Shown here: positions 31,517 through 40,268 of the stretch, piece after piece
Layout of the letters: the number at the start of each line of letters is the position of its first letter
Position numbering within the stretch: the first letter of the stretch is position 1
Origin: Deltaproteobacteria bacterium
Lineage (GTDB): Bacteria > Myxococcota_A > Polyangia > Fen-1088
Direction of reading: 5' to 3'
Assembly (NCBI GenBank): GCA_033763315.1
Contig: JANRKS010000023.1
Coordinates: 64,001-128,000, forward strand
Length of the DNA: 64,000 nucleotides
The notes under the pieces: generated by a model
What the model saw: only the letters and a program-made list of their open reading frames with translations
Database searches by the model: none
What the model was told of the DNA's origin: nothing
Program-made: the position numbers and the translations under genes

Positions 31517-32341
31517 CTAACCAAGCAAACGAAGCGCGATTTGGGGCACTTGGTTTGCCTGTGACAAGGTGGCAACGCCAGCTTGCAACAGAATCTGTGA
31601 ACGCGAGAGTTTGGATGACTCTTCAGCCACATCGACGTCGCGGATACGGCTGTTCGCGGCAGAGATGTTGGTTGATTGAATCTGGATGGAGGCGAGAGCC
31701 GATGTGAAGCGGTTGCCTGCTGCACCCAACGTTGCACGGTTGCTGTTGATGGAGTCAATCGCCGTGTCAATGGTGGCCAAGGCTTGTTGTGCGCCAGACT
31801 GGGTCGACAGCGACAAGCTGTTAATGCCAAGTGAGGCTGACGTGGCGTTGACCGTCGAAACCGCGATGCGGTCATTGGCTGCGACGTTACGGATACCGAC
31901 CTGGAAGGTCAGCGTGGTGGCGCCGTTGAGCAGAGCTTGACCGTTGAACTCCGTCGAGTTCGCGATACGATCAACTTCGGAGATGAGCTGCGTAACTTCG
32001 TTCTGGATGTAACCGCGCTCGGTGTTACCCACGCCGGCAGAGGCAGATTGCGAAGACAACTCACGAAGGCGGGACAGAATATTGGTCGACTCGTTTAACG
32101 AACCTTCAGCGGTTTGAATCAGCGACACACCGTCAGAAGCGTTACGCGAAGCTTGGTTATAGCTGCGAATCTGCGCTTGCAAGTTGCTGCTGATGGCGAG
32201 GCCTGCAGCGTCGTCGCCCGCTTTGGTGATACGGAAACCCGAGGACAACTTTGCGAGTGAGCTGTCCAAGCTGGTTTGCGTGTTGAACAACTGGCGTTGG
32301 GCTTCGAGTGAAGCGACGTTTGTTTGAATTGACATTGGCAT
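31517..32341 (-). CDS. fliC: Flagellin (short, 274 aa)
   Basis: LSSGFRITKAGDDAAGLAIS, FQVG, SRIRDVDVAEE; AAGGAG RBS. Confidence 0.98.
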   Translation of the reverse strand: MPMSIQTNVASLEAQRQLFNTQTSLDSSLAKLSSGFRITKAGDDAAGLAISSNLQAQIRSYNQASRNASDGVSLIQTAEGSLNESTNILSRLRELSSQSASAGVGNTERGYIQNEVTQLISEVDRIANSTEFNGQALLNGATTLTFQVGIRNVAANDRIAVSTVNATSASLGINSLSLSTQSGAQQALATIDTAIDSINSNRATLGAAGNRFTSALASIQIQSTNISAANSRIRDVDVAEESSKLSRSQILLQAGVATLSQANQVPQIALRLLG

Positions 32342-32434
32342 GGGGAAAAACTCCTTGTGTGCGGGTCTGTGCTGTCCGTACTTTGACTGCCCCGAGGGGC
32401 GTCTTAGCGGACAACCCGTCCGCCTTCAGTTATG

Positions 32435-32462
32435 TTTTCGGCACGCTGTTTAGGGCCGATAA
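32435..32462 (-). promoter_or_regulatory. sigma28 -10-like element (GCCGAAAA) inside an inverted repeat upstream of fliC
   Basis: Minus strand TTATCGGC-N12-GCCGAAAA; no canonical -35 at 15-nt spacing. Confidence 0.4.
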
Positions 32463-32471
32463 GAGCATTTT

Positions 32472-33353
32472 TCAGAGTTTGTCGATCAAGCTCATTTTGA
32501 AGCTGGAGGCCGTCGCGGCCAAAGCAGCCTCAAGGGCCGTATTGGCCAGCGCCATCTTGCTGGCGGCCTCCGGAAGATCCGTCTCAGCCACATTGGCCAC
32601 CTGGATCTTCATCTGATCGCGACTAAGGCGTGAGACTTGATCTGAGGTCTGCAGGATGTTCAAACTTGCGCCAGCGTCCTTGCGGGCGCCTGACACCTGA
32701 TTGAGGCTCTTGTCGAACCCGTCAAGTGCGTTCTGCACGCCAACCACGTCATTGTTGCGCAGGGCAATCGCAAAGTCTCTGAGCACCTGTGTGACATCCA
32801 CACCGCCACCCACACCCTTAAGCGCGATGTCAGCGCGCAGCGATACGGGCTCAAGCACCCCAGGAGCGATCTCAACTTGGCGAATGCCTGCGTCACCCAC
32901 ATAGGTGCCGTCTGCCTGAAAGGGAGGTGCGTCGTCTTGCGTGCCACCAAAGATGTAGCGCCCACCAACTTCGGTGTTCATAAGCCCGATCACCGTATTG
33001 AACAGGCCATCAACTTCATTGGCTGAGGTGGCGCGGTCCGGCCCGCTGAACTGAGCGCTGCCAAGTTGCATCGCAAGTTCGCGCCCGCGTTGCATAACAT
33101 TCGACACCTCGCCGAGAACACCCTCCGCCGTGTTGAGTTCGTCGGCGGAACGCCCCACCGCTTGTTGGATCGCCTCATACCGTTGCTGCGAAATCTTGGA
33201 TGTAATGATGATGCCCGAACCGGCGGGATCGTCAGCCGCGTGCGTTATGCGCTTGCCTGAGCTGACTTCGACCATCGCTTTCTCGAGCCGCTCTCTAGCC
33301 GCGGCCGTTTGGACCTGGCCGGTGTTGAACAGCATTTTTTCAGTTACACGCAT
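32472..33353 (-). CDS. flgL: Hook-associated protein 3
   Basis: MRVT, SSGKRI..ADDP, GRYIFGG. Confidence 0.93.
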   Translation of the reverse strand: MRVTEKMLFNTGQVQTAAARERLEKAMVEVSSGKRITHAADDPAGSGIIITSKISQQRYEAIQQAVGRSADELNTAEGVLGEVSNVMQRGRELAMQLGSAQFSGPDRATSANEVDGLFNTVIGLMNTEVGGRYIFGGTQDDAPPFQADGTYVGDAGIRQVEIAPGVLEPVSLRADIALKGVGGGVDVTQVLRDFAIALRNNDVVGVQNALDGFDKSLNQVSGARKDAGASLNILQTSDQVSRLSRDQMKIQVANVAETDLPEAASKMALANTALEAALAATASSFKMSLIDKL

Positions 33354-33357
33354 GGGA

Positions 33358-34764
33358 TCACCTCAAATTCATCAGGGTATCCAACATCGAGTCCGCGGTC
33401 TGAATGACCTTGCTCACGGCATCGAAGGCCCGCTGCGCCTTCGTCATGTTGATCATCTCTTCGTCAATCGATACGCCCGAGACAGACTCGCGCAGGCCTT
33501 GCAGATTGCTGGCGATGGCGCCTTCTTGTTCGGATCGCGCCCCCGCCTCGCGCGTCCGCGAGCCAAAGGCCGAAATGATGCCCGCCAAAGTGGAGGCAGA
33601 GTTGTTGCCTCCAGACAGCGGCGTCCGTTCCGTCGCGATCATGGCCAATGCGTTTCCAGAATCGCCTGGCACGCCGGCCACAGAGCTGGAGGTGGCCAGC
33701 AATTTGTTGTCAGTGATGAGGTTGGTGTTTACGGAAATGGTTGACGCCGCCCCTGTCGAGGTTGCGCCCACGTTGAACATGGGCTCACCCGCATTGCCGT
33801 TGAGATCAAAGCCAGCCTGGTGCTGGGCGTTCAACACGTTTGCGAAATCGAACGCCAGGGTATCCAGGCTGTCCATCGTTTGTTTAAGCGTCACATCGCG
33901 GGCGTCGATGAAGCCACGGACTTCACCGCCCAAGGACGCGCTGCTGATAGATTCGGGCGTCAATGATCCGACCTTGGTAATTTGCACCAAAGAGAACCCT
34001 GCGTTGGCAGGATCGGGGGCCGTGCTCAATTTTGCGGCTTTTTGCCCGCTCACAAAAACGGCACCTCCCGGCAGCGCCATATTGATGTTGCCATCGGCAT
34101 CAGGCACCGGCGTGGCACCGATCAGCTGGGACAAGCGGTCACTCGCGTTGCGGCGCTCGTCGATAAGATCGTTGGGCTCGCCTCCAGTTGATCGCGATTT
34201 GACGATCTGCGCGTTGAGCAAGGCCACCCGCTCACCAAGCGCGTTTGCTTCTTCCACATTCGATTGCACACGGGCGTCGATGCCCGCGCGGGCGTTGGCG
34301 ATGCCTTCGGATGTGCGGTTGAACGAATAGGCAAGGTTGCGTGCCGAGCCGACCACCGCCGCGCGCAAACCAGGTTGGCTTGGGAATTGCCCCAACAGAC
34401 GCAGATCTGAGTAGAAATTGCCAAGCGAATCCGAAAGCCCGCCAGGTGCTTCTGGGTTCAGAGCCACCACCGCGCGTAAGCTTTGGCTCTCGGCGCTGTA
34501 TTGCGCATTCGCCGCCATCGAAGACGGGATCTGTCGCTCCAAGAACGCGTCTCGGCTTTGCGTGATCCCGCCGATGGTCACGCCCATGCCAGCATACGCG
34601 TTGGTCCGCAGATACTCTGCGGGCATCGCCTCAAGCTCAACCCGCTGTCGCGAGAAGCCGTCGGTGTTGACGTTCTGGATGTTGTGCGCCGCCGTCTGCG
34701 CAGCCGCACGGTGGGCGGCCAGACCGTTTGCCCCTTGCGATAGGATTGCGAGTAAATCGGCCAT
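33358..34764 (-). CDS. flgK: Hook-associated protein 1
   Basis: HNIQNVNTDGFSRQR, NDLIDER, SVSGVSIDEEM. Confidence 0.95.
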   Translation of the reverse strand: MADLLAILSQGANGLAAHRAAAQTAAHNIQNVNTDGFSRQRVELEAMPAEYLRTNAYAGMGVTIGGITQSRDAFLERQIPSSMAANAQYSAESQSLRAVVALNPEAPGGLSDSLGNFYSDLRLLGQFPSQPGLRAAVVGSARNLAYSFNRTSEGIANARAGIDARVQSNVEEANALGERVALLNAQIVKSRSTGGEPNDLIDERRNASDRLSQLIGATPVPDADGNINMALPGGAVFVSGQKAAKLSTAPDPANAGFSLVQITKVGSLTPESISSASLGGEVRGFIDARDVTLKQTMDSLDTLAFDFANVLNAQHQAGFDLNGNAGEPMFNVGATSTGAASTISVNTNLITDNKLLATSSSVAGVPGDSGNALAMIATERTPLSGGNNSASTLAGIISAFGSRTREAGARSEQEGAIASNLQGLRESVSGVSIDEEMINMTKAQRAFDAVSKVIQTADSMLDTLMNLR

Positions 34765-34772
34765 GGTAGCCT

Positions 34773-35246
34773 CTACGCCGTTCCCGAGTACGTGGACCCG
34801 GCCAGCGGCCGGCTTTCGCCTCGGTGGTTGTAAGTGGTGGACGAGCCCGTGAGCGCGCCGAGATAACCTTTGACCATCGCGTTCGCGCGTGAAGCCAGAT
34901 GCCGGTTCAAAGCGTCCAGCTCTTTGAGCGTGCCCGCCAGCGCCCGCACCTCTGCAAGCGATGCCGCCAAGCGATCCGTGGGTTCAGCCATAAGCCGGCC
35001 CAAAGCCTCGATCGTGACCACCGGCATGTCGTACTCTTGCGCCACCGCCTTGAGGGCGTCAGCCAACTGCGCCTGCAAGTGCTTAACTTGGTTGTTGAAC
35101 CGCCCCCGCAACGCGGCCCTTTCCAGCAGGGCCTGTGAATCAAAGTTTTTGATGAGCTCGCGCTGTGTTTGTGCGCGCGCAACTTCCTCGCCCAACGCTT
35201 TATGCAAGCTTTGGCTGGTGGCGATCGCCCGTTCTATGTTTTCCAT
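34773..35246 (-). CDS. flgN: Flagellar export chaperone FlgN
   Basis: Between flgM and flgK; helical; C-terminal TYNHRG. Confidence 0.8.
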   Translation of the reverse strand: MENIERAIATSQSLHKALGEEVARAQTQRELIKNFDSQALLERAALRGRFNNQVKHLQAQLADALKAVAQEYDMPVVTIEALGRLMAEPTDRLAASLAEVRALAGTLKELDALNRHLASRANAMVKGYLGALTGSSTTYNHRGESRPLAGSTYSGTA

Positions 35247-35249
35247 TTG

Positions 35250-35555
35250 TTAGCCCATGAAAAGGGCGCGCAGACGTGCGTCCAACTCCGCCTGTGCGAG
35301 GATTTCCTCGGCGACTTTCGACGGGTTGGGTCGGTACGATCCGCCTTTGACGGCGGCCTCCAGACGCTTGAGCCGCGCCTCCCGGTCCTCGTTGACGGCC
35401 TTCTTGGCGTTTTGAGCCATTTCAGCCGCGGTTCGCGTTTGCTCTACGCTCACACGATCCGGCTTCGCCTCCGCACGTTGCGCTTGCCCTGCGGCAGCCT
35501 CAACGGCGGGGGTTCGGTCGACCTGGGTAACTGGCTTATCGTTCGAGATCTTCAT
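35250..35555 (-). CDS. flgM: Anti-sigma28 factor FlgM
   Basis: DRVSV..REARLKRLEAAVKGGSYRPNPSKVAEEIL. Confidence 0.88.
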   Translation of the reverse strand: MKISNDKPVTQVDRTPAVEAAAGQAQRAEAKPDRVSVEQTRTAAEMAQNAKKAVNEDREARLKRLEAAVKGGSYRPNPSKVAEEILAQAELDARLRALFMG

Positions 35556-35569
35556 CGCGGTGTCTCCTT

Positions 35570-36340
35570 TCATTTCTTTGGAGACAGCGGCAAAGGCGCC
35601 GCTAATGTGTCTTCGACACGGATTTGATAGGCATTAAGTGCCGACCGTGGATTTGTCGGTTTTCCATCCAACCGCACCTCAAGGTGCAAGTGGGGGCCTG
35701 TGGCCCTGCCCGACTGTCCGACCTCTGCAATGATTTGTCCCGCTTTAACCAATTCCCCAGGCTTCACAGCCACTTCGCTGTTGTGTGCGTAAAGCGTGGT
35801 CACTCCGTTTCCATGATCGATCTCCACCGCCTTTCCGTATCCGCCGCGGTTGCCCGCGGTCTTCACAATTCCGTCGAGCGCCGACAAAACTGACGTGCCT
35901 ACGGGCGCCGCCATATCCACCCCCGTGTGGAAACGTGCGTCGCCCTCCAATGGATCTGAGCGCTTGCCAAACTCACTGGTCACGCGCGCTGTGGCCTCGG
36001 AAGGCGCGTGCGCGGGCAACACCTGTTGCCGCCAGGCGCCGCCTTCAGGCAGGCTGTTGTTGATGGTGCCGCGCAAAGGCGCCAATGGAGCCGCCTCATT
36101 TAACTTGCGTAGATCCACGGCGGTTTCCTTCTCGCCGAGCGCCTGTTGCAGCATCGGCCCCAACCCAAGCCCACCACCTTCGGCGATGGCGTCGGCCAAA
36201 GTCTCGATGAACATATCGGTGCGAATCTGCGAGCCTGGCGTGTCGCCGCCTGTGAAGGCCTTGCTCGCTTGCAACAGTTGGCGCGTGATCGTCGCTTCAA
36301 GCGCCATCACCGCATCGTTGGTGTCGCGAACGGGCCGCAC
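35570..36340 (-). CDS. flgJ: FlgJ-like rod-binding domain fused to an M23 peptidase
   Basis: ALEA..RQLL..DMF..GGGLGLG rod-binding motif; HTGVD, YAH, TGPHLHLEV. Confidence 0.8.
   Translation of the reverse strand: MRPVRDTNDAVMALEATITRQLLQASKAFTGGDTPGSQIRTDMFIETLADAIAEGGGLGLGPMLQQALGEKETAVDLRKLNEAAPLAPLRGTINNSLPEGGAWRQQVLPAHAPSEATARVTSEFGKRSDPLEGDARFHTGVDMAAPVGTSVLSALDGIVKTAGNRGGYGKAVEIDHGNGVTTLYAHNSEVAVKPGELVKAGQIIAEVGQSGRATGPHLHLEVRLDGKPTNPRSALNAYQIRVEDTLAAPLPLSPKK
35610..35636 (-). promoter_or_regulatory. Candidate sigma28 promoter for flgM within the 3' end of flgJ
   Basis: TAAT-N15-GTCGAAGA about 55 nt upstream of the flgM ATG. Confidence 0.5.
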
Positions 36341-37450
36341 TTACAGCACCTCCAGTTCTGCGTCCAAGGCACCTTGGGCCTTAAGCGCTTGGAAGATCGA
36401 AACCAAATCCAAAGGCGTGACGCCCAGGGTGTTCAAAGCTTTGACCAGATCATCGACCGAAGCTGTGGCCGGCAGTGCGACCATGGGCGCCGCCTTCTCT
36501 TTGGCCTCGACGCTGGCAACCTTGCCTTGCACGGTCCGCCCCGCCGAAAACGCCCCCGGCTGCGACACAAAAGGCGTTTGGCTGACAGCGATTGAAAGCC
36601 CACCATGCGCGATGGCCACCGGCCGAATGCGCACACGATCGCCCGCCACCACCGTGCCTGTGCGTTCGCTGATCACAACACGCGCCCGTTGGTCGGCGTC
36701 CACCTCAAGCCCTTCGATCTGCGTCAGCATGGCCATGGGATTGCCCTTGAGCGCGTCTGGCACTTTCACCTGAACAGCGGCTGGATCAAGCGGCTTGGCG
36801 CTGTTGGCGCCTAACGCGCCATTGATGGTGTCGGCGATGCGGCTGGCAGTCGTAAAATCAGGTTGGCGCAGACTCAGGACCACCTGATCGCCAATGGTCG
36901 GGGTCACCGCGCGCTCCACCACGGCTCCACCAGGAATGCTGCCTGACGTGGGCTGGTTCTTCTGAAATCGCGACCCCGCGGCCGACACATCATACCCGCC
37001 AACCTGTACCGGGCCTTGTGCCAGCGCGTAGACCTGGCCATCCGGGCCGGTGAGCGGCGTGACCAACAAGACACCACCGGCCAATGACATGGCGTTGCCC
37101 ATCGAGCCCACTTGCACCGTGAGCTTGCCGCCAGGGCGCGTGAACGTTGGCAACTTGGCCGTCACCATAACCGCGGCCACGTTGCGCGTGCGCACGTCCC
37201 TCGGGTCGATCCGAATCCCGAGGCGTCCCAACATGCCGCTGATGGATTGCGACGTGAAGAACACGCGTTCCGAGTCTCCGGTTTGGCGCAGACCTACAAC
37301 CAGGCCATAGCCGTAAAGCATGTTGTCGCGCACACCTTGAACCTCGACCAGCTCCTTGATGCGCGCCGGTGCGGCTTGCAACGGCACGGCGGCCAATGCC
37401 AGCGCGAGCGCAGCAGACAAAGAGATCCACGAACGCATCAGAACGGCCAT
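36341..37450 (-). CDS. flgI: Flagellar P-ring protein
   Basis: GVRDNMLYGYGLVVGL, RNVAAVMVTA, ERTGTVV. Confidence 0.96.
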   Translation of the reverse strand: MAVLMRSWISLSAALALALAAVPLQAAPARIKELVEVQGVRDNMLYGYGLVVGLRQTGDSERVFFTSQSISGMLGRLGIRIDPRDVRTRNVAAVMVTAKLPTFTRPGGKLTVQVGSMGNAMSLAGGVLLVTPLTGPDGQVYALAQGPVQVGGYDVSAAGSRFQKNQPTSGSIPGGAVVERAVTPTIGDQVVLSLRQPDFTTASRIADTINGALGANSAKPLDPAAVQVKVPDALKGNPMAMLTQIEGLEVDADQRARVVISERTGTVVAGDRVRIRPVAIAHGGLSIAVSQTPFVSQPGAFSAGRTVQGKVASVEAKEKAAPMVALPATASVDDLVKALNTLGVTPLDLVSIFQALKAQGALDAELEVL

Positions 37451-38133
37451 ATCCACCCCAGGTAGCGAGACAACCAACCTTGGCGTTGGTTATCGGTGAG
37501 CACACCTTTGCCAACGAACTCAATTTCCGCATCAGCCACCATCGAGCTTTTCACGCTGTTTTCCTGGTCGATGTCGATGGGGCGCACGACGCCTGAAATG
37601 TAAAAGTGCTGCTCTTCGGAATTCACCAAGATCACGCGGTGGCCCTCAACGAACAAGTTTCCGTTCGGCAGCACGGTGCGCACCGTCGCCGGCACGGTGG
37701 CCTGAAAGAATTCGCTGCGTGCCGTTTGCCCTTGGCCTTTGAACGAAGTCTTGTTGCTGCCCGCCAGCTTGGCCTCAAAGTCAGGGTCGATGCCCTCCAT
37801 CTTCTTTAGGAGGCCCAAGAAGGCATCGATCTTCGCTTCGGCCGTGGATTCGTGCGCCAAGTTGGTGTCAGCGCGTCGACGTGCATCAGCCACTTCTTCG
37901 ATCTTGATGACCACGAGATCATTCGTGCGTAAGGCGCGTGCGTCCGTGAACAACATCGAAGCGGGGCGGCCGGGTTGCCAGAGACTGCCATCGCTTAAGG
38001 GCCGTTCGGCGTCCTTCTGTTCGGCGGCCAATTCGTATTTGCGACGCTTCGGCTGATACTCGTTGATGTGGCTCGCCGCGCACGCGTTGCAAAGCGTGAG
38101 GCCGGCAAGCAAAAGTGTAAGGCGCGCGTTCAT
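37438..38133 (-). CDS. flgH: Flagellar L-ring lipoprotein
   Basis: Lipobox-like CNAC; LFTDARA, VLPNGNL, GVVRPIDI. Confidence 0.94.
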   Translation of the reverse strand: MNARLTLLLAGLTLCNACAASHINEYQPKRRKYELAAEQKDAERPLSDGSLWQPGRPASMLFTDARALRTNDLVVIKIEEVADARRRADTNLAHESTAEAKIDAFLGLLKKMEGIDPDFEAKLAGSNKTSFKGQGQTARSEFFQATVPATVRTVLPNGNLFVEGHRVILVNSEEQHFYISGVVRPIDIDQENSVKSSMVADAEIEFVGKGVLTDNQRQGWLSRYLGWIWPF

Positions 38134-38774
38134 GGCACCATGACGACCAAGCGATCGTCCTCCATCTGGCCTTCCACACGCTTGCCGGAGGGCAACACAG
38201 CGCAGGTTTGCTCGGCGCCGCAGGACACCAAGCGACCGATCTGTTCGACTTGCAGGGAGCCGAGGCGCACGCTCACGCGCACTTGTTGCCCGGCCGTTGC
38301 GCGGTTCGCTCGCACCGACGATACATCCACGATTTGGCCACCGAGCAACGTGCGCGCCGCCACGATGCCCGCAGCAGGCGTCGCCGGCTGTGCACCCCAA
38401 CCAATTTCGCGAAATTCCACTCTGGTGGCCGAATCAAGTGGCTCACCACCGCGAACGACACGCGTGGTGACCATCACGGGAGCGGTCAACTTGATGTCGA
38501 CGCGGGCCCAGCCTTCGCACGGCTGACCACCGTGCCGCTCGCCTCTAAGTTTCACGGTTATATTGCCCGAGGCCGTAACCGCTCGATCGAGGTGCGCTTG
38601 CACAACCTTGCAACCCGAAGGCAGACGCACCGATGACACCTGCACGGCGGCCGTGGCTTCGGGCAACGTCACCGCCGCCTGCACCCCTTGTTCGATGAGG
38701 CTCTGCATGGGGTTGCCCGCCACGGCCACACCAGCAGAAGCAACCACAAGGAACGCTGTGCCTAAGATGCGCAT
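38130..38774 (-). CDS. flgA: P-ring assembly chaperone FlgA
   Basis: Signal peptide; SAF-like domain; lies between flgG and flgH. Confidence 0.75.
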   Translation of the reverse strand: MRILGTAFLVVASAGVAVAGNPMQSLIEQGVQAAVTLPEATAAVQVSSVRLPSGCKVVQAHLDRAVTASGNITVKLRGERHGGQPCEGWARVDIKLTAPVMVTTRVVRGGEPLDSATRVEFREIGWGAQPATPAAGIVAARTLLGGQIVDVSSVRANRATAGQQVRVSVRLGSLQVEQIGRLVSCGAEQTCAVLPSGKRVEGQMEDDRLVVMVP

Positions 38775-38779
38775 GGTTG

Positions 38780-39565
38780 CTACCTCAGGTTCGTGAGCTT
38801 CTGCAGCATCTGATCAGCCGTGCTGATGACCTTTGAATTCAACTCATACGAACGTTGGGTGGAAATGAGGCCGATCATCTCTTCCACGGCCTTGACGTTC
38901 GAGCCTTCGATAAACCCTTGTGCGATCGTGCCGGACCCGTTCTCTCCTGGGCGTGCCGCGATCGGTTCACCGCTTGCCACGGTTGAGCGCATCAAGTTTC
39001 CGCCGATGGCTTCCAAGCCGGCGGCGTTCGTGAACATGAAGACCTCGAGAGACCCCAGTTCAACGGGCTCGGTGCGGCCCGGAACGGTTGCCGTCACCAA
39101 GCCGTCGCCCCGAAACGTCACATTGGTGGCGTCAGGCGGCACCGTAATGCTGGGCTCGATGAGCTCCCCGTTTTGTGTTTCCAGCCGGCCAGAGGCATCG
39201 ATGCGCAAATTGCCTGCGCGTGTATAACCGATGTCACCGTTGGCTTTCTGCACCTTCAAGAAGCCATTGCCTTGGATGGCGACGTCGAGTGGGTTGTTGG
39301 TGGTGACCATATCGCCCGTCCCAAAGCTGCGCGTGGTGGCCACCGTGCGTACGCCCATGCCCATCTGCAAAGGTGACGGCCGCCCGCCGCCGTTCAATGT
39401 GGGTGCACCTGCGGGCCGCAGCGTTTCCGAAAGCAGATCCTCGAACTCGGCGCGCACACGTTTAAAGCCTGTGGTTCCGACGTTTGCCAAATTGTTGGCG
39501 ATGGTGTCCATCTGGAACTGCTGGGCTTCCATGCCCGTGGCGGCTGTATAAAGTGATCGCAACAT
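38780..39565 (-). CDS. flgG: Flagellar distal rod protein FlgG
   Basis: MLRSLYTAATGM..IANNLANV, GFIEGSNV, QRSYELNSKVISTADQM. Confidence 0.96.
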   Translation of the reverse strand: MLRSLYTAATGMEAQQFQMDTIANNLANVGTTGFKRVRAEFEDLLSETLRPAGAPTLNGGGRPSPLQMGMGVRTVATTRSFGTGDMVTTNNPLDVAIQGNGFLKVQKANGDIGYTRAGNLRIDASGRLETQNGELIEPSITVPPDATNVTFRGDGLVTATVPGRTEPVELGSLEVFMFTNAAGLEAIGGNLMRSTVASGEPIAARPGENGSGTIAQGFIEGSNVKAVEEMIGLISTQRSYELNSKVISTADQMLQKLTNLR

Positions 39566-39618
39566 CGGTCTTCTCCTTCGTTGGCAGAACGTCACGTTTC
39601 TGCCTTCACAAGTGAGGC

Positions 39619-39635
39619 AGCAAGTCCTAAGCCAA
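39619..39635 (-). promoter_or_regulatory. sigma54 promoter of the flgG operon
   Basis: TTGGCTTAGGACTTGCT: exact GG-N10-GC spacing. Confidence 0.7.
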
Positions 39636-39691
39636 CAGCGCGTGCCAAAGTTCTGGCGGCGAAAAGGCTCAGCTTTTCATCGCAAACGGCT

Positions 39692-39718
39692 TAAGGCCAA
39701 AGCGACGGGCACCGATTA
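39692..39718 (+). promoter_or_regulatory. sigma28 promoter of fliJ
   Basis: TAAG-N15-ACCGATTA, 9 nt before the ATG. Confidence 0.6.
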
Positions 39719-39727
39719 ACCTTGTGT

Positions 39728-40153
39728 ATGGCTCCGCGCACGCGCCTTGATCCTGTGGTTCGGCTTGAAGAGCACCGCGAAGAACGCAGCCTTCAACAGT
39801 TGGCGGCGGCAAACCGCCAACTGATGGCCGCGCAAAAAGCGTTGCAAGACGCGCAAGACGAAGCGAAACAAGATCACCGCACGCCCGGCCCGGCCTGCTT
39901 GTGGGATGTGGCTGAACACGCGCACTCGCACGCACGCTTCGCTGTGGAGCGCGCCACGCAACAGGCGCAACAGGCGCAATCGGCGCAAGGCTCGTCCCGC
40001 ACGCAGTATTTGTCGATCCACGCACGCGCCGAAGCGATCCGCCGCGTGGCCACGAACCGCCGTGAAGAGATGATCAAAGAAGGCGAAAAGGCCGCCGCGC
40101 GTGAAGTGGAAGACATGATGCTTATGCGACGTCGCAAAGCCAACGTGGCTTAG
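39728..40153 (+). CDS. fliJ: Flagellar export protein FliJ-like
   Basis: RLDPVVRLEEHREE..coiled coil..REVEDM; about 140 aa. Confidence 0.75.
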   Translation: MAPRTRLDPVVRLEEHREERSLQQLAAANRQLMAAQKALQDAQDEAKQDHRTPGPACLWDVAEHAHSHARFAVERATQQAQQAQSAQGSSRTQYLSIHARAEAIRRVATNRREEMIKEGEKAAAREVEDMMLMRRRKANVA

Positions 40154-40268
40154 CCAACGACCTGTTAACGCACAGCGTTGTGCCCCGGCTCAATAGATGA
40201 CGCTCGTTCTTCTATTGGACGCATGAAGCGCTTGCGGTTTGCGCGGCGATCGCCAGAATGTGCGGCGC

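Noticed and set aside
32455-32462. Perfect GCCGATAA on the plus strand as an antisense sigma28 promoter
   Set aside because: No -35 at correct spacing; it is one arm of an inverted repeat
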